Source: Terriglobales bacterium
GTDB taxonomy: Bacteria > Acidobacteriota > Terriglobia > Terriglobales > Acidobacteriaceae
Assembly (NCBI GenBank): GCA_045808065.1
Contig: JBJMGD010000011.1
Location: 128,577 to 192,576 of the forward strand
Reading direction: 5' to 3'
Length of the DNA: 64,000 nt
How positions within the stretch are numbered: the first letter of the stretch is position 1; each line of letters begins with the position of its first letter. Positions 16,343-26,435 of the stretch are shown here, piece by piece. A program made the translations under genes and the position numbers. The notes beneath the pieces are model-generated. The model was given only the letters and a program-made list of their open reading frames with translations, ran no database searches and had not been told where the DNA came from.

Positions 16343-18706
16343 ATGCCTGATGTAAACATCACGGTCGACGGCAAAAAAGTAACGGCGCTTGCCGGCACGC
16401 TCCTCATTGAGGCTTGCAAGAGCGCCGGCATTGAAGTGCCTGCTTTCTGCTATTACCCCGGACTCTCCGTGCAGGGTGCCTGCCGTATGTGCCTGGTACG
16501 CATTGAGAAGATGCCGAAGCTTCAGACTGCTTGCACCGTTCCCATCACCGAAGGAATGGTCGTGGTCACCGAGAGCGAAGAAGTGGTGCAGGCGCGCAAA
16601 TCTACGGTCGAGATCCTGCTCGGCAATCATCCGCTTGATTGTCCTGTGTGCGACGCGGGTGGCGAATGCGAACTTCAGGACATGACTTTCAAGTACGGTG
16701 CGGCCGAGTCGCAGTACATGGAAGCCAAGGGTCATAAAGAAGAGCAGCAATGGTCGCCGGTGGTGTACTTCGATCGGCCGCGCTGCATTCTGTGTTATCG
16801 CTGTGTGCGCGTCTGCGGAGAAGGCATGGATGTGTGGGCGCTCGGCATCCAGAACCGTGGCGTTACCTCGGTCATCGCCCCCAACCAGCAGGACCATCTG
16901 GAGTGCGAAGAATGCGGCATGTGCATCGACATCTGTCCGGTCGGCGCGCTTACCTCCGGCGCGTACCGCTACAAAACGCGTCCGTGGGAGATGAACCACG
17001 TGGGCACCATCTGTACGCATTGTGGGGATGGCTGCAAAACCACTCTGGGCGTTCGTCGCTCGCAAGGCGGCATGGAGATCGTTCGCGGAGACAATCGCGA
17101 CAAGAGCGGAATCAACGGTGACTTTCTTTGTATCAAGGGCCGTTACGCTTTTGATTTCGCCAAATCCGAGGACCGCATAACCCAGCCGCTGGTTCGCCGT
17201 GACGGCAAACTGGTTCCCGTCTCCTGGGAGCAAGCCCTTGATCATGTGGCGAATCGCCTCAAGCAAATTCGCGACACTCAAGGCGGCAATGCCATTGGAG
17301 TGATCGGTTCGAACCGGACCACTAACGAAGAAAACTATTTACTCCAGAAGTTCGCGCGCTCGGTGTTGGGCACGAACAACATCGACCATCACCGCACCGC
17401 CGACTATCCCGCATTCGCGAAGGCAATAGCGGGAAAGCAGAACGTCACTGCCGCGCTGCGCGAGACCATGACGGCGCCCGCAGTCCTGCTGATCGGCAAC
17501 GATCCTACCGAACAGCATCCGTTGCTTGCATGGAATCTGCGCACCAACCTGCGCATACATAACGGAAGCATTTACATCGTCAATTCGGCGGACATAAAGT
17601 TGCGTCGGCAGGCGCGCGCGTACGCACAGGTTCCGGAAGACGGTGGCGAGAGTCTGATGGTTCGTTACCTTGCCGGCGACGACGGGGTTGCGGCTAAGCT
17701 CGAATCGCGCACTCTCACCCGCGATGCCATTCGCGACTTCCGCGACAAAGTCAAAGCCGAGCGAGAATTAATCGTCATCTTTGGTTCGGAAGTTCGTGGT
17801 GACGACATTGCTGCCCTAGTAAAGTGGGGCTCGGCTCGAGGGGCCAAATTTATCTGCCTCGGGGATTACGCCAATTCCCGCGGTGCGGCCGACATGGGTT
17901 TGTATCCCGACCTGCTTCCCGGATATACCGCTCTCGGAAAATCGGGAGCGTTCGCCGAAGAGTATGGCGCTTCAGTCTCGCAGCAGCCTGGACTCGATAT
18001 CGTGGCGATGTTCAATGCTGCGAAATCCGGTCGACTGGGCGCCTTATACGTTGTGGGATCGAATCCGCTGGCTCGCTACAACATCGATCCTTTCGCCTTG
18101 AAGGACACCTTTGTCGTCGTGCAGGACATGTTCCTGACCGAGACTGCGACTACCGCAGAAGTCGTGCTGCCAGTGGCAAACGCATATGAAAAGGCAGGCA
18201 GCTTCACCAATACCTATGGCGACCTGCAGCTATTGCGAAAGGCTGGAGATGTTGCCGGCGTGCGCACTGACTTCGAGCTCATCGTTCGCATCGCCGATCG
18301 GATGGGCGCGGATGTTCACAAGCTGGTGCCGTTTGGCAAAGGATTGCGTGCCGATATGGGACAGAGCCGCGGCGCACAATCCGGTGAAGTTGACCGGCAT
18401 GCCGTATGGCTCGCGGCACGTAACCTGGAGCCAAAGCTGAGCCCATTCGATCCGGAAGCGCTGCTTGATGAGATCCAGCGCCTGGTTCCCGGATACAATT
18501 TCTCGCGGCTGAATCTCTTTGCGGGCGGCGACGTACACACGCACGCTCTGGAGCAAAGTTCGGTTGCGCAACCGTCGTCGCCGGAGAGCATTGTTCCGGC
18601 ACACGATTCGCTGTTCACCTCAGGCACGCTCGGGCGTTACTCGAATACCTTGAACTCGGTAATCGAGAACCGGCGCGCAACACCGGCTGAAATTCCAGCC
18701 GATTAG
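16343..18706 (+). CDS. nuoG: NADH-quinone oxidoreductase subunit G
   Basis: 787 aa. The N-terminus has a 2Fe-2S module (CYYPGLSVQGACRMCLV) and 4Fe-4S motifs (CPVCDAGGEC, CILCYRCVRVC, CEECGMCIDICP). A molybdopterin-like domain follows. Confidence 0.95.
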   Translation: MPDVNITVDGKKVTALAGTLLIEACKSAGIEVPAFCYYPGLSVQGACRMCLVRIEKMPKLQTACTVPITEGMVVVTESEEVVQARKSTVEILLGNHPLDCPVCDAGGECELQDMTFKYGAAESQYMEAKGHKEEQQWSPVVYFDRPRCILCYRCVRVCGEGMDVWALGIQNRGVTSVIAPNQQDHLECEECGMCIDICPVGALTSGAYRYKTRPWEMNHVGTICTHCGDGCKTTLGVRRSQGGMEIVRGDNRDKSGINGDFLCIKGRYAFDFAKSEDRITQPLVRRDGKLVPVSWEQALDHVANRLKQIRDTQGGNAIGVIGSNRTTNEENYLLQKFARSVLGTNNIDHHRTADYPAFAKAIAGKQNVTAALRETMTAPAVLLIGNDPTEQHPLLAWNLRTNLRIHNGSIYIVNSADIKLRRQARAYAQVPEDGGESLMVRYLAGDDGVAAKLESRTLTRDAIRDFRDKVKAERELIVIFGSEVRGDDIAALVKWGSARGAKFICLGDYANSRGAADMGLYPDLLPGYTALGKSGAFAEEYGASVSQQPGLDIVAMFNAAKSGRLGALYVVGSNPLARYNIDPFALKDTFVVVQDMFLTETATTAEVVLPVANAYEKAGSFTNTYGDLQLLRKAGDVAGVRTDFELIVRIADRMGADVHKLVPFGKGLRADMGQSRGAQSGEVDRHAVWLAARNLEPKLSPFDPEALLDEIQRLVPGYNFSRLNLFAGGDVHTHALEQSSVAQPSSPESIVPAHDSLFTSGTLGRYSNTLNSVIENRRATPAEIPAD

Positions 18707-18856
18707 TAAAAGAACAGAATTTCACGAAAAAGAACTGATGAGAAGCAGGAACCACCCTGGAACTGTCATTCCTCGCGCCAGTCTTGCGCGGGAATCTACT
18801 TGTGCCGGGGATGAGTACTTGAAGCTGTAGCAACACAACACGGACCCAATAACACC

Positions 18857-19927
18857 TTGACGCTCACCGAATACATCATCTTCGCGGTCATCAAGATCGC
18901 GCTTCTGCTTTTCATACTGCTCACGGCGGTCGCTTACATCGTCTTGTTGGAGCGGAAGGTCATCGCCCGCATGCAGAATCGGTGGGGGCCGAACCGTGTA
19001 GGACCGTTTGGTTTATTGCAGCCGTTGGCCGATGGAATCAAGTTCATCCTGAAAGAAGACATCATTCCCGACGGCGTCTATAAGCCGCTGTATGTCGCAG
19101 CGCCTATGATCGCGCTGATTCTATCGCTCGTTTCCATTTCGGTAATTCCATTCGGCGGTGTCTGGAAGCTCGGCAATTACCGTGTTCCGCTGGAGACCAC
19201 CGGCTTTTGGAATGGCGCACACGTTCAGGACATCAACATCGGACTGCTGATCATCCTCGGCATTACTTCGATCGGTGTTTACGGCGTTGCGCTATCGGGG
19301 TGGTCTTCTAATTCTAAGTACTCGCTGCTGGGATCGCTGCGAGCCGGCGCGCAGCTTATCAGTTACGAACTGTCGCTCGGACTCTCGCTCGTGGGCGTGC
19401 TTCTCCTCGCCGGCAGCCTGAGCCTGAGGCAGATTGTCGATGCGCAGGCAGGATCGATTCTGCATTGGAACTTCTTCGGCGGCTTTCAATTTGTCGCCTT
19501 CTTTATCTACATCATGGCAGCGTACGCCGAGACGAACCGCATCCCTTTCGACTTGCCGGAGGCGGAAACCGAATTGGTTGCTGGATACCACACCGAGTAC
19601 AGCGCCATGAAGTTCGCCATGTTCTTTATGGCGGAGTATTGCAACATGGTGACCGTCGCCTGCCTGGCAACGCTGCTGTTCTTTGGAGGCTGGCACAGCC
19701 CCTTTGACGGTTTAAACATCGCGGCACCCGAAATTTGGCTGATGATCTCTCCGCTGTTCTGGTTTTTTGTAAAAGTTTTCTTTTTTATCTTTCTGTACAT
19801 CTGGATTCGCGGAACGCTTCCGCGCTTCCGTTATGACCAACTGATGTCGTTCGGCTGGAAGTTTCTGTTGCCGCTGGCAATTGCGAACATTGTGGTCACC
19901 AGCTTGGTGCTGGCGCTGCGATCTTAA
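18857..19927 (+). CDS. nuoH: NADH-quinone oxidoreductase subunit H
   Basis: 356 aa with a TTG start. It has LLERKVIARMQNRWGPNRVGPFGLLQPLADGIKF, AETNRIPFDLPEAETELVAGYHTEYS and RGTLPRFRYDQLM. Confidence 0.95.
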   Translation: MTLTEYIIFAVIKIALLLFILLTAVAYIVLLERKVIARMQNRWGPNRVGPFGLLQPLADGIKFILKEDIIPDGVYKPLYVAAPMIALILSLVSISVIPFGGVWKLGNYRVPLETTGFWNGAHVQDINIGLLIILGITSIGVYGVALSGWSSNSKYSLLGSLRAGAQLISYELSLGLSLVGVLLLAGSLSLRQIVDAQAGSILHWNFFGGFQFVAFFIYIMAAYAETNRIPFDLPEAETELVAGYHTEYSAMKFAMFFMAEYCNMVTVACLATLLFFGGWHSPFDGLNIAAPEIWLMISPLFWFFVKVFFFIFLYIWIRGTLPRFRYDQLMSFGWKFLLPLAIANIVVTSLVLALRS

Positions 19928-19964
19928 GAGGCGGTTTGTAAAGAGAAGCAGGAGATTTTTTTTT

Positions 19965-20028
19965 GTGGCACATGCGCCCTCGCCTGTGCTGCTGGCTCAC
20001 AAGACACAGTCGAGGGCGGCTGTGCCAC
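19965..20028 (+). other. Long intercistronic stem-loop in the nuoH-nuoJ spacer (the position nuoI normally occupies)
   Basis: GTGGCACATGCGCCCTCG (19965-19982) pairs with CGAGGGCGGCTGTGCCAC (20011-20028), 16 of 18 positions. The loop contains an inner CTGTG/CACAG pair. Confidence 0.6.
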
Positions 20029-20043
20029 GATTTCGGGTTAGGA

Positions 20044-20547
20044 ATGATGCTTCACACCATCTTGTTCTTCATCTTCGCGGGAATATGTGTGGCGGGAGCG
20101 CTGAACTTCCTTCTGCAGAGCCATCCCGTAAACAGCGCGCTATCGCTGATCGTCGTCATGGGATCGCTGGCGCTACTGTTTCTCCTGCTCGGGGCTGAGT
20201 TCGTCGCCGCCGTGCAGGTAATCGTCTATGCCGGTGCGGTGATGGTGCTCTTCGTCTTTGTCATCATGCTGCTCAACGCCGGAGAAGAAGAACATACCCG
20301 CGGCAACAAGGTAGCCCTGCTTCTCGGAGTTCCGGGGCTGGTCGTATTCTTTGGCTTGATCTGCTGGACGCTTTTTTCGGCGCGTTTGCAATTTGGACGA
20401 GTACAGATCGGCGACTTCTACGTTCCCACCAACGACCTCGGCATCGCCCTGTTCCGCGAGTTCCTCCTGCCCTTTGAAGTGACCTCTATATTGGTGTTGA
20501 TCGCCATCATGGGCGCAGTGGTGCTGGCGAGAAGGGAGCGGCAGTGA
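20044..20547 (+). CDS. nuoJ: NADH-quinone oxidoreductase subunit J
   Basis: The start was set at ATG 20044 ([20 protein letters not shown]...). The hydrophobic NuoJ pattern is present, with [20 protein letters not shown] and [17 protein letters not shown]. Confidence 0.9.
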   Translation: MMLHTILFFIFAGICVAGALNFLLQSHPVNSALSLIVVMGSLALLFLLLGAEFVAAVQVIVYAGAVMVLFVFVIMLLNAGEEEHTRGNKVALLLGVPGLVVFFGLICWTLFSARLQFGRVQIGDFYVPTNDLGIALFREFLLPFEVTSILVLIAIMGAVVLARRERQ

Positions 20548-20846
20548 TTCCACTCTCCTGGTATTTGATTCTCGGTGCCATCCTCTTCGCGATCGGCGTG
20601 GCGTCGTTTCTCATCAAGCGCAACATCATCACCATTTTCATGTCCATCGAGCTGATGCTGAACGCGGTGAACCTCACGTTTATTGCCTTCGCCAGCCACT
20701 GGCATCAGGTGAGCGGACAGGTGTTTGTCTTTTTCGTGATGGTCGTAGCCGCCGCTGAAGCAGCGGTTGGACTGGCGATTGTCCTCTCCGTTTTCCGGAC
20801 ACGCGAAACATTGAATGTCGATCAGGTGAACCTGCTCAAGCTATGA
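20544..20846 (+). CDS. nuoK: NADH-quinone oxidoreductase subunit K
   Basis: 100 aa. It has [12 protein letters not shown] and [18 protein letters not shown]. Its start overlaps nuoJ by 4 nt. Confidence 0.95.
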   Translation: MIPLSWYLILGAILFAIGVASFLIKRNIITIFMSIELMLNAVNLTFIAFASHWHQVSGQVFVFFVMVVAAAEAAVGLAIVLSVFRTRETLNVDQVNLLKL

Positions 20847-22963
20847 CCTCGAGCTCCAATTTCAACGTATGGTTGATCCCGCTCCTGCCGCTGCTTGGCT
20901 CCGCCATCAACGGCATCTTCGGCAAGCGCTTTCCGCGCGCCTTGGTGGCGACCATTGCGCTTATCTTCCCCGGCGCTGCATTCGCCTACGCGGTGTGGGT
21001 GGTTACGCAATTTGCGGGATTGCCGCAGAGACAGATTCCGCACATCGAGCGGCTTTTCCCCTGGATTCAGGCCGGCAGCTTTCGCGTCGATTATGGCTTT
21101 TATCTCGACCAACTCTCGGTAACGATGTTGCTCATCGTTACCGGCGTCGGATTCCTGATCCACATCTATTCGGTCGGATACATGGCCGAGGAGGGCGGCT
21201 ACTACCGCTTCTTCTCGTACCTCAATTTGTTCATGTTCTTTATGCTCACGCTGATCCTGGCGCACAGCTATTTGCTGATGTTCGTCGGGTGGGAGGGCGT
21301 CGGTCTCGCTTCGTACCTGCTGATCGGATTCTTTTTCCTGAAAGACTCGGCGGCGCAGGCCGGAAAGAAAGCCTTTATCACGAATCGCGTTGGTGACTTC
21401 GCGTTCCTGCTGGGAATGTTCGTCCTGATCCAGCATTTCGGCACGCTGGATTACGACAAGGTATTTAGCGCTGTCTCGTCGCTGCCGGTCGAGGCCGGGG
21501 TTGGATTTCTTACCGGCGCGGCCCTGCTGATGATGGTGGGAGCCACCGGCAAGTCGGCGCAGATTCCCTTATATGTTTGGCTGCCGGACGCTATGGAAGG
21601 TCCAACACCTGTCTCAGCGCTGATTCACGCGGCAACCATGGTCACGGCGGGCATCTACATGATCGCCCGCTCCAATGTTTTGTTTCTACACGCGCCCATC
21701 GCGCTGCGGGTAGTCGCCATCATCGGCGCGCTCACTGCGTTGTTTGCCGCGACCATCGGACTCGTGCAGAACGACATTAAGCGCGTGCTCGCCTACTCAA
21801 CTGTCTCGCAGCTCGGATACATGTTCATGGCCTGCGGCGTGGCAGCGTTCTCCGCCGGAATCTTCCACCTGATGACCCACGCCTTTTTCAAGGCGTTGCT
21901 CTTCCTTGCCGCGGGTTCTGTAATTCACTCGCTCAGCGGCGAGCAGGACATGCGCCACATGGGCGGCCTGCGCAAGCTGATTCCGTGGACGTTCTGGACG
22001 ATGACCATTGCCACCTTCGCCATCGCCGGCTTCCCCCCGCTTAGCGGCTTCTTCTCGAAAGACGAAATTCTCTGGAAGGCATTCTCCGACCAGGCTCACG
22101 GGAGCTGGATCTTCTGGCTTATCGGGTGGATCACCGCTGGTTTGACCTCCTTCTATATGTTCCGCTTGTGGTTTATGACCTTCTTTGGTGAGCGTCGCGG
22201 GCCAGTCCACAACGAACACGAGGAGCCCACCGGCGGAGTACATCCGCCCAGTTCGGCTCGTGCTGATGCCGGACATCAATCGGGCATCCAGTCGGCGCAT
22301 TCGGGAGCGCATGCGCATGGACACGGCGATCACGGACATGCGGGCCACGTGCATGAGAGTCCGTGGATTATGCTCGGGCCGTTGGTTGTTCTTGCCATCG
22401 GTTCCGCCGTCATCGGGTGGGTTGGCATTCCCGAATCGTTCGGTGGTCACAATCGGTTCGATCAGTTCCTAACTCCGGTCTTCCATACCAGTTCAGAACC
22501 GGCACGCTCCGCCGAGAACTTCGCGGCTGAACCGCAGAAGTCAGAAAATCCCGAAAAGGAAAAGGCGTTGGAACTTGAACTTGCCGGGACTTCCGTCGGA
22601 ATCGCCATTCTGGGTTTCGTACTCGCCTATTTCTTCTACTATCGCCGTCCGGAACTTCCGGATCGAATCGCCGCCAGCATGCATGGCGTATATCGCACGT
22701 TGCTGAACAAATACTGGGTCGACGAAGCCTACTATGCAACCATCATTAATCCCATCGTGAACGGCTCTCGTAGCGTTCTCTGGCGAGGGGTGGACGTTGG
22801 CATTATTGATGCCATCGTGAATGGCGCGGGCACAGCCTCGAAGGGATTGTCTGGTGTAACCCGCAGAATGCAATCGGGAAGTATCCGCTCTTATGCGGGA
22901 TGGGTGGCGCTCGGCGCTGCGTGCGTGGTCGCGTTCATGATCTGGATGGGGGCACGCGGATGA
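20843..22963 (+). CDS. nuoL: NADH-quinone oxidoreductase subunit L
   Basis: 706 aa, an Mrp-antiporter-like subunit. It has [49 protein letters not shown] and a His-rich variable loop before HESPW. Confidence 0.95.
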   Translation: MTSSSNFNVWLIPLLPLLGSAINGIFGKRFPRALVATIALIFPGAAFAYAVWVVTQFAGLPQRQIPHIERLFPWIQAGSFRVDYGFYLDQLSVTMLLIVTGVGFLIHIYSVGYMAEEGGYYRFFSYLNLFMFFMLTLILAHSYLLMFVGWEGVGLASYLLIGFFFLKDSAAQAGKKAFITNRVGDFAFLLGMFVLIQHFGTLDYDKVFSAVSSLPVEAGVGFLTGAALLMMVGATGKSAQIPLYVWLPDAMEGPTPVSALIHAATMVTAGIYMIARSNVLFLHAPIALRVVAIIGALTALFAATIGLVQNDIKRVLAYSTVSQLGYMFMACGVAAFSAGIFHLMTHAFFKALLFLAAGSVIHSLSGEQDMRHMGGLRKLIPWTFWTMTIATFAIAGFPPLSGFFSKDEILWKAFSDQAHGSWIFWLIGWITAGLTSFYMFRLWFMTFFGERRGPVHNEHEEPTGGVHPPSSARADAGHQSGIQSAHSGAHAHGHGDHGHAGHVHESPWIMLGPLVVLAIGSAVIGWVGIPESFGGHNRFDQFLTPVFHTSSEPARSAENFAAEPQKSENPEKEKALELELAGTSVGIAILGFVLAYFFYYRRPELPDRIAASMHGVYRTLLNKYWVDEAYYATIINPIVNGSRSVLWRGVDVGIIDAIVNGAGTASKGLSGVTRRMQSGSIRSYAGWVALGAACVVAFMIWMGARG

Positions 22964-24507
22964 ATACGTGGATCCTCACATTAATCACGTTCGTGCCGCT
23001 CGCAGGAGCCATCGTGCTGGCGGTGTTGCCACGCAACGATCGAGTAATCAAATGGACGGCGCTCGTGATTTCCATTCTGGCATTCGTCTTCTCGCTGCAT
23101 CTGCCGACTCACTGGTCAAGCGGAGCACCAGGATTCCAGTTTGCAGTCGACTCCCAATGGATTGCCAGCCCGAACATTCACTACCATCTCGCCGTTGATG
23201 GCATCTCCGTCTGGCTGGTGCTGCTGACGACATTCCTGACTCCGTTTTGCGTGCTGATCTCGTGGAACTCTGTTCACGGAGGAGTAAAGGAATTTTTTGT
23301 ACTGATGCTGGTTCTCGAGACGGCGATGATCGGCGTCTTCGTCTCCCTCGACCTCTTCCTCTTCTACGTTTTCTGGGAAGCGACGCTGATCCCCATGGCG
23401 CTGATGATCGGCATGTATGGCCACGAACGTCGGGTCTACGCCGCGGTGAAGTTTTTCTTGTACACGATGGTCGCCTCAGTGTTTATGCTGGGCTCGATCA
23501 TCTGGTTCTATGTTCATACCGGCAGCTTCGATTATGTGACCATCCAGAATGCGATCCAGAGCGGATCCATTCCGGGATTCGATCGCGCGGCCGAGTTCCT
23601 CTTTTTTGGATTCTTCATCGCTTTCGCAGTAAAAGTACCACTCTTCCCGTTCCACACCTGGTTGCCGGACGCGCACGTCGAGGCTCCCACTGCAGGTTCG
23701 GTGCTCCTGGCAGGTGTACTGCTGAAGATGGGCGTGTACGGATTGCTGCGCTTCAACGCCACGCTCTTCCCTGCTCAGGCGCGCGAGCATGCCGGCTGGA
23801 TCAATGTTCTTGCGCTCATCGGCATCGTTTACGGCGCACTAGTTGCGCTGGTGCAGCCCAATATGAAGAAGCTGGTGGCCTATTCGTCGGTCAGCCATCT
23901 TGGCTTCTGCGTACTCGGCATTTTTACTTTCACGCAAATCGGCGTCGATGGCGCGGTGTACCAGATGCTCAACCATGGCATCTCGACCGGCGCGCTGTTC
24001 ATGTTGCTCGGCATGTTGTATGAGCGGCGACACACTTATGAGATCAAAGAGTACGGCGGCCTGGCGACTCCGATGCCGGTCTACTCGACACTGTTCCTGA
24101 TGATCACGCTATCGTCAGTCGGCCTGCCGTTGCTCAACGGCTTCGTGGGAGAATTCCTGATCTTGAGCGGCGCTTTCAAAGCCTGGCAGTGGTACGGAGT
24201 CATCGGGACTACCGGCGTGATCTGGAGCGCGGGATATCTCCTGTGGCTCTACCAGCGCACCTTCTATGGAGAGATCAAGCAGCCGGTAAACGCTTCGCTT
24301 CCCGACGCCAACGGACGCGAGCGCCTCAGCCTGATTCCTATGGTGGCAGTGGCGCTGATTATGGGTGTCGCTTCGCCGCTGTGGATTCGCATGATCGATC
24401 CCTCGGTGCAGAAGTCGCTGCCGCCGGCTTCGGCACAGATACCGTCAGTCCCATCGCGTCTTACCATCGCCACTCATCTTCTTGCCTTACACAAGGCAGC
24501 TAAATGA
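22960..24507 (+). CDS. nuoM: NADH-quinone oxidoreductase subunit M
   Basis: The start was set at ATG 22960 (ATGA overlap with the nuoL stop). It has FAVKVPLFPFHTWLPDAHVEAPTAGSVLLAGVLLKMG. Confidence 0.95.
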   Translation: MNTWILTLITFVPLAGAIVLAVLPRNDRVIKWTALVISILAFVFSLHLPTHWSSGAPGFQFAVDSQWIASPNIHYHLAVDGISVWLVLLTTFLTPFCVLISWNSVHGGVKEFFVLMLVLETAMIGVFVSLDLFLFYVFWEATLIPMALMIGMYGHERRVYAAVKFFLYTMVASVFMLGSIIWFYVHTGSFDYVTIQNAIQSGSIPGFDRAAEFLFFGFFIAFAVKVPLFPFHTWLPDAHVEAPTAGSVLLAGVLLKMGVYGLLRFNATLFPAQAREHAGWINVLALIGIVYGALVALVQPNMKKLVAYSSVSHLGFCVLGIFTFTQIGVDGAVYQMLNHGISTGALFMLLGMLYERRHTYEIKEYGGLATPMPVYSTLFLMITLSSVGLPLLNGFVGEFLILSGAFKAWQWYGVIGTTGVIWSAGYLLWLYQRTFYGEIKQPVNASLPDANGRERLSLIPMVAVALIMGVASPLWIRMIDPSVQKSLPPASAQIPSVPSRLTIATHLLALHKAAK

Positions 24508-26039
24508 CTCCGAATCCCGATCTGAGTTACGTCCGCATCCTTCCCGAGCTCGTGTTGAGCGTCTGGGGCATCGCTGTAATGCTGATCGAGCCAATGTTGC
24601 CGGAGCGCGGCAGCCGCAAGTGGCTCGGCATCTTCGCCTTTATAGGCACTCTGGCGGGGATCGCGGCCTCGCTTTACCAGTCTAGCTATCCGGGATCGGG
24701 ATGGTTTGGCATGATTCGTGTCGACGAGTTCAGCATCTTCTTTCACGTACTCATCTGCGGGATTTCCGCGGTCGTGATTCTAGCCTCCATCGAATATCTC
24801 GAAGCACAGCAGATTCGGGGCGGCGAATATTACGCGCTAATCCTCTTTGGTACTGTCGGCATGGTTTTGATGTCGTCGGCCGTTGAACTGGTGCTGATCT
24901 TTATCGCATTGGAAATATCGTCGATCTCTACTTACATTCTCGCCGGATTCCGCCGGCGCGTAGCAACCAGCACGGAATCCTCACTCAAATACTTCTTGCT
25001 GGGATCGTTCGCCACTGCATTTTTCCTTTACGGCGTTGCCCTGATGTTTGGAGCTACCGGATCGACCAGCATCTACACCATCGCTTCGGCTTTGCAGGCG
25101 TCGGCGACTGCAACTCCTCCAGGCGTGAGTGCGAGCGTTTCTCACGGACTGGCCTACGTTGCGGTAGCCCTGATGTTCGTCGGCATCGGATTCAAAATCG
25201 CTTCTGCTCCCTTCCACGTGTGGACTCCAGACGTGTACGAAGGTGCGCCCGCGCCGGTGGTGGCATTGATGTCCACCGGACCCAAAGCCGCCGCCTTCGC
25301 CGTGCTGTTGCGTATCCTTTTCGGCGCAGCCCTCGGCACCGAGAGCGCGTGGTTCTGGCTGGTTTGGATCTCCGCGGCGCTGTCTATGACCCTGGGAAAC
25401 GTCGGGGCGCTGCTGCAGAACAACGTAAAGCGAATGCTGGCGTACTCGTCTATTGCTCACGCGGGTTATCTTCTGGTCGCATTCGCGGCAGTCATCGCTC
25501 CCGCTGCCCGCGAGACGGGGATTACCGCCGCCATCTTCTATGCTGCTTCTTACGCCGCCATGAACGTGGGCGCCTTCGGTGTGGTGTCGCACTTCGCCCG
25601 AGTCAATGAGCGATTCGTGAACATCGAAGACTATGCCGGGCTGGGACAGCGCTCGCCTATTCTCGCCATCACTCTCACCATTTTCATGCTTTCGCTGATT
25701 GGGATCCCCGCAACCGGAGGCTTCTTTGCCAAGTTCTACGTCTTCAACGCGGCTCTCAAGAGCAACTTGGTGTGGCTCACGGTAATCGGCCTGGTGAATA
25801 GCGCGGTCGCTGCCTACTACTACCTGCGTCTGATCGTCGTGATGTATATGTATCAGCCGCAAACGGGTGAGGAGAAGCTGCAACTCAAGGCGGCACCGGG
25901 CTTGGTCGCGGCTCTGGTTATCACTGCGATGGTGACCATCTGGTTGGGCGTAAAGCCAGGAAACGTGCTCGATTATGCTGGGCGCGGGGCGACACGTCTG
26001 CTACCACCCCTGCAGCAAACCTTGAATAATTCCCGGTAA
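24504..26039 (+). CDS. nuoN: NADH-quinone oxidoreductase subunit N
   Basis: 511 aa. It has KIASAPFHVWTPDVYEGAPAPVVALMSTGPKAA. Its start overlaps nuoM by 4 nt. Confidence 0.95.
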   Translation: MTPNPDLSYVRILPELVLSVWGIAVMLIEPMLPERGSRKWLGIFAFIGTLAGIAASLYQSSYPGSGWFGMIRVDEFSIFFHVLICGISAVVILASIEYLEAQQIRGGEYYALILFGTVGMVLMSSAVELVLIFIALEISSISTYILAGFRRRVATSTESSLKYFLLGSFATAFFLYGVALMFGATGSTSIYTIASALQASATATPPGVSASVSHGLAYVAVALMFVGIGFKIASAPFHVWTPDVYEGAPAPVVALMSTGPKAAAFAVLLRILFGAALGTESAWFWLVWISAALSMTLGNVGALLQNNVKRMLAYSSIAHAGYLLVAFAAVIAPAARETGITAAIFYAASYAAMNVGAFGVVSHFARVNERFVNIEDYAGLGQRSPILAITLTIFMLSLIGIPATGGFFAKFYVFNAALKSNLVWLTVIGLVNSAVAAYYYLRLIVVMYMYQPQTGEEKLQLKAAPGLVAALVITAMVTIWLGVKPGNVLDYAGRGATRLLPPLQQTLNNSR

Positions 26040-26268
26040 GCGAAAGCGCTGTTTGGGTGTTCTCTCGGCGTGGCTCGAAGGCCGCCTGCGAGTCCCTGAG
26101 CTGCGTTTGCTCCCGGAGCGCCGGACGCCCTCGTCCACCGAACTGGTGAAGTTCAAGGCCGCTTATCGGAAACATCAAGAATGAACTCCGCAAGGCATTT
26201 GGCTGAATCAAGTACTCGGCGCTCCGGAACGGGCTCAACATTTCAACAAACAGTCCGGCACGACATAT

Positions 26269-26417
26269 CTGCACCATGTGTGGTGCAGAATTCCTTGTTG
26301 ACCGCCTGTTCCCTAGTAATTATTTGGTAAAGTTTTAAAGTTTAAGTCGCTGATAAATAAAGGAGTAGTAAATCGGGCAGGCCAGAAATCGAGAATTTCC
26401 CTGTTAAATTCCCTGCT
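26269..26417 (+). repeat. Hairpin plus two further AATTCCCTG-family pairs in the nuoN/peptidase convergent spacer
   Basis: CTGCACCA-TGTG-TGGTGCAG (26269-26288) is a perfect 8-bp stem. It is followed by AATTCCTTGTT GACCGCCTGTTCC (26289-26312) and later AATTTCCCTGTT AAATTCCCTGCT (26394-26417), which is preceded by GGGCAGGCCAGAAATCG (compare GGGCAGAAATCCGCG at 9366-9380). Confidence 0.7.
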
Positions 26418-26435
26418 ATTTTTTGCACGCGACTT

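Noticed and set aside
16331-17281. Long antisense ORFs: a 316-aa ORF opposite nuoG. The same applies to 24981..25883 opposite nuoN, 5781..6548 and 6025..6765 opposite copA, 29932..30648 opposite yebC, 3317..4030 opposite folE/PTPS, 21797..22450 opposite nuoL and 13806..14351 opposite nuoD.
   Set aside because: Each lies entirely antisense to a gene with unmistakable family motifs. Their translations are Arg/Ala/Gly/His-rich low-complexity strings, typical of shadow frames in GC-rich DNA, and no motif was recognised.
22207-22356. The His-rich insertion in NuoL ([14 protein letters not shown]...[24 protein letters not shown]), considered as a metal-binding novelty.
   Set aside because: The loop preceding the conserved HESP motif is, to my knowledge, variable and often His/Gly-rich in NuoL homologs. 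It is probably ordinary lineage-specific variation.
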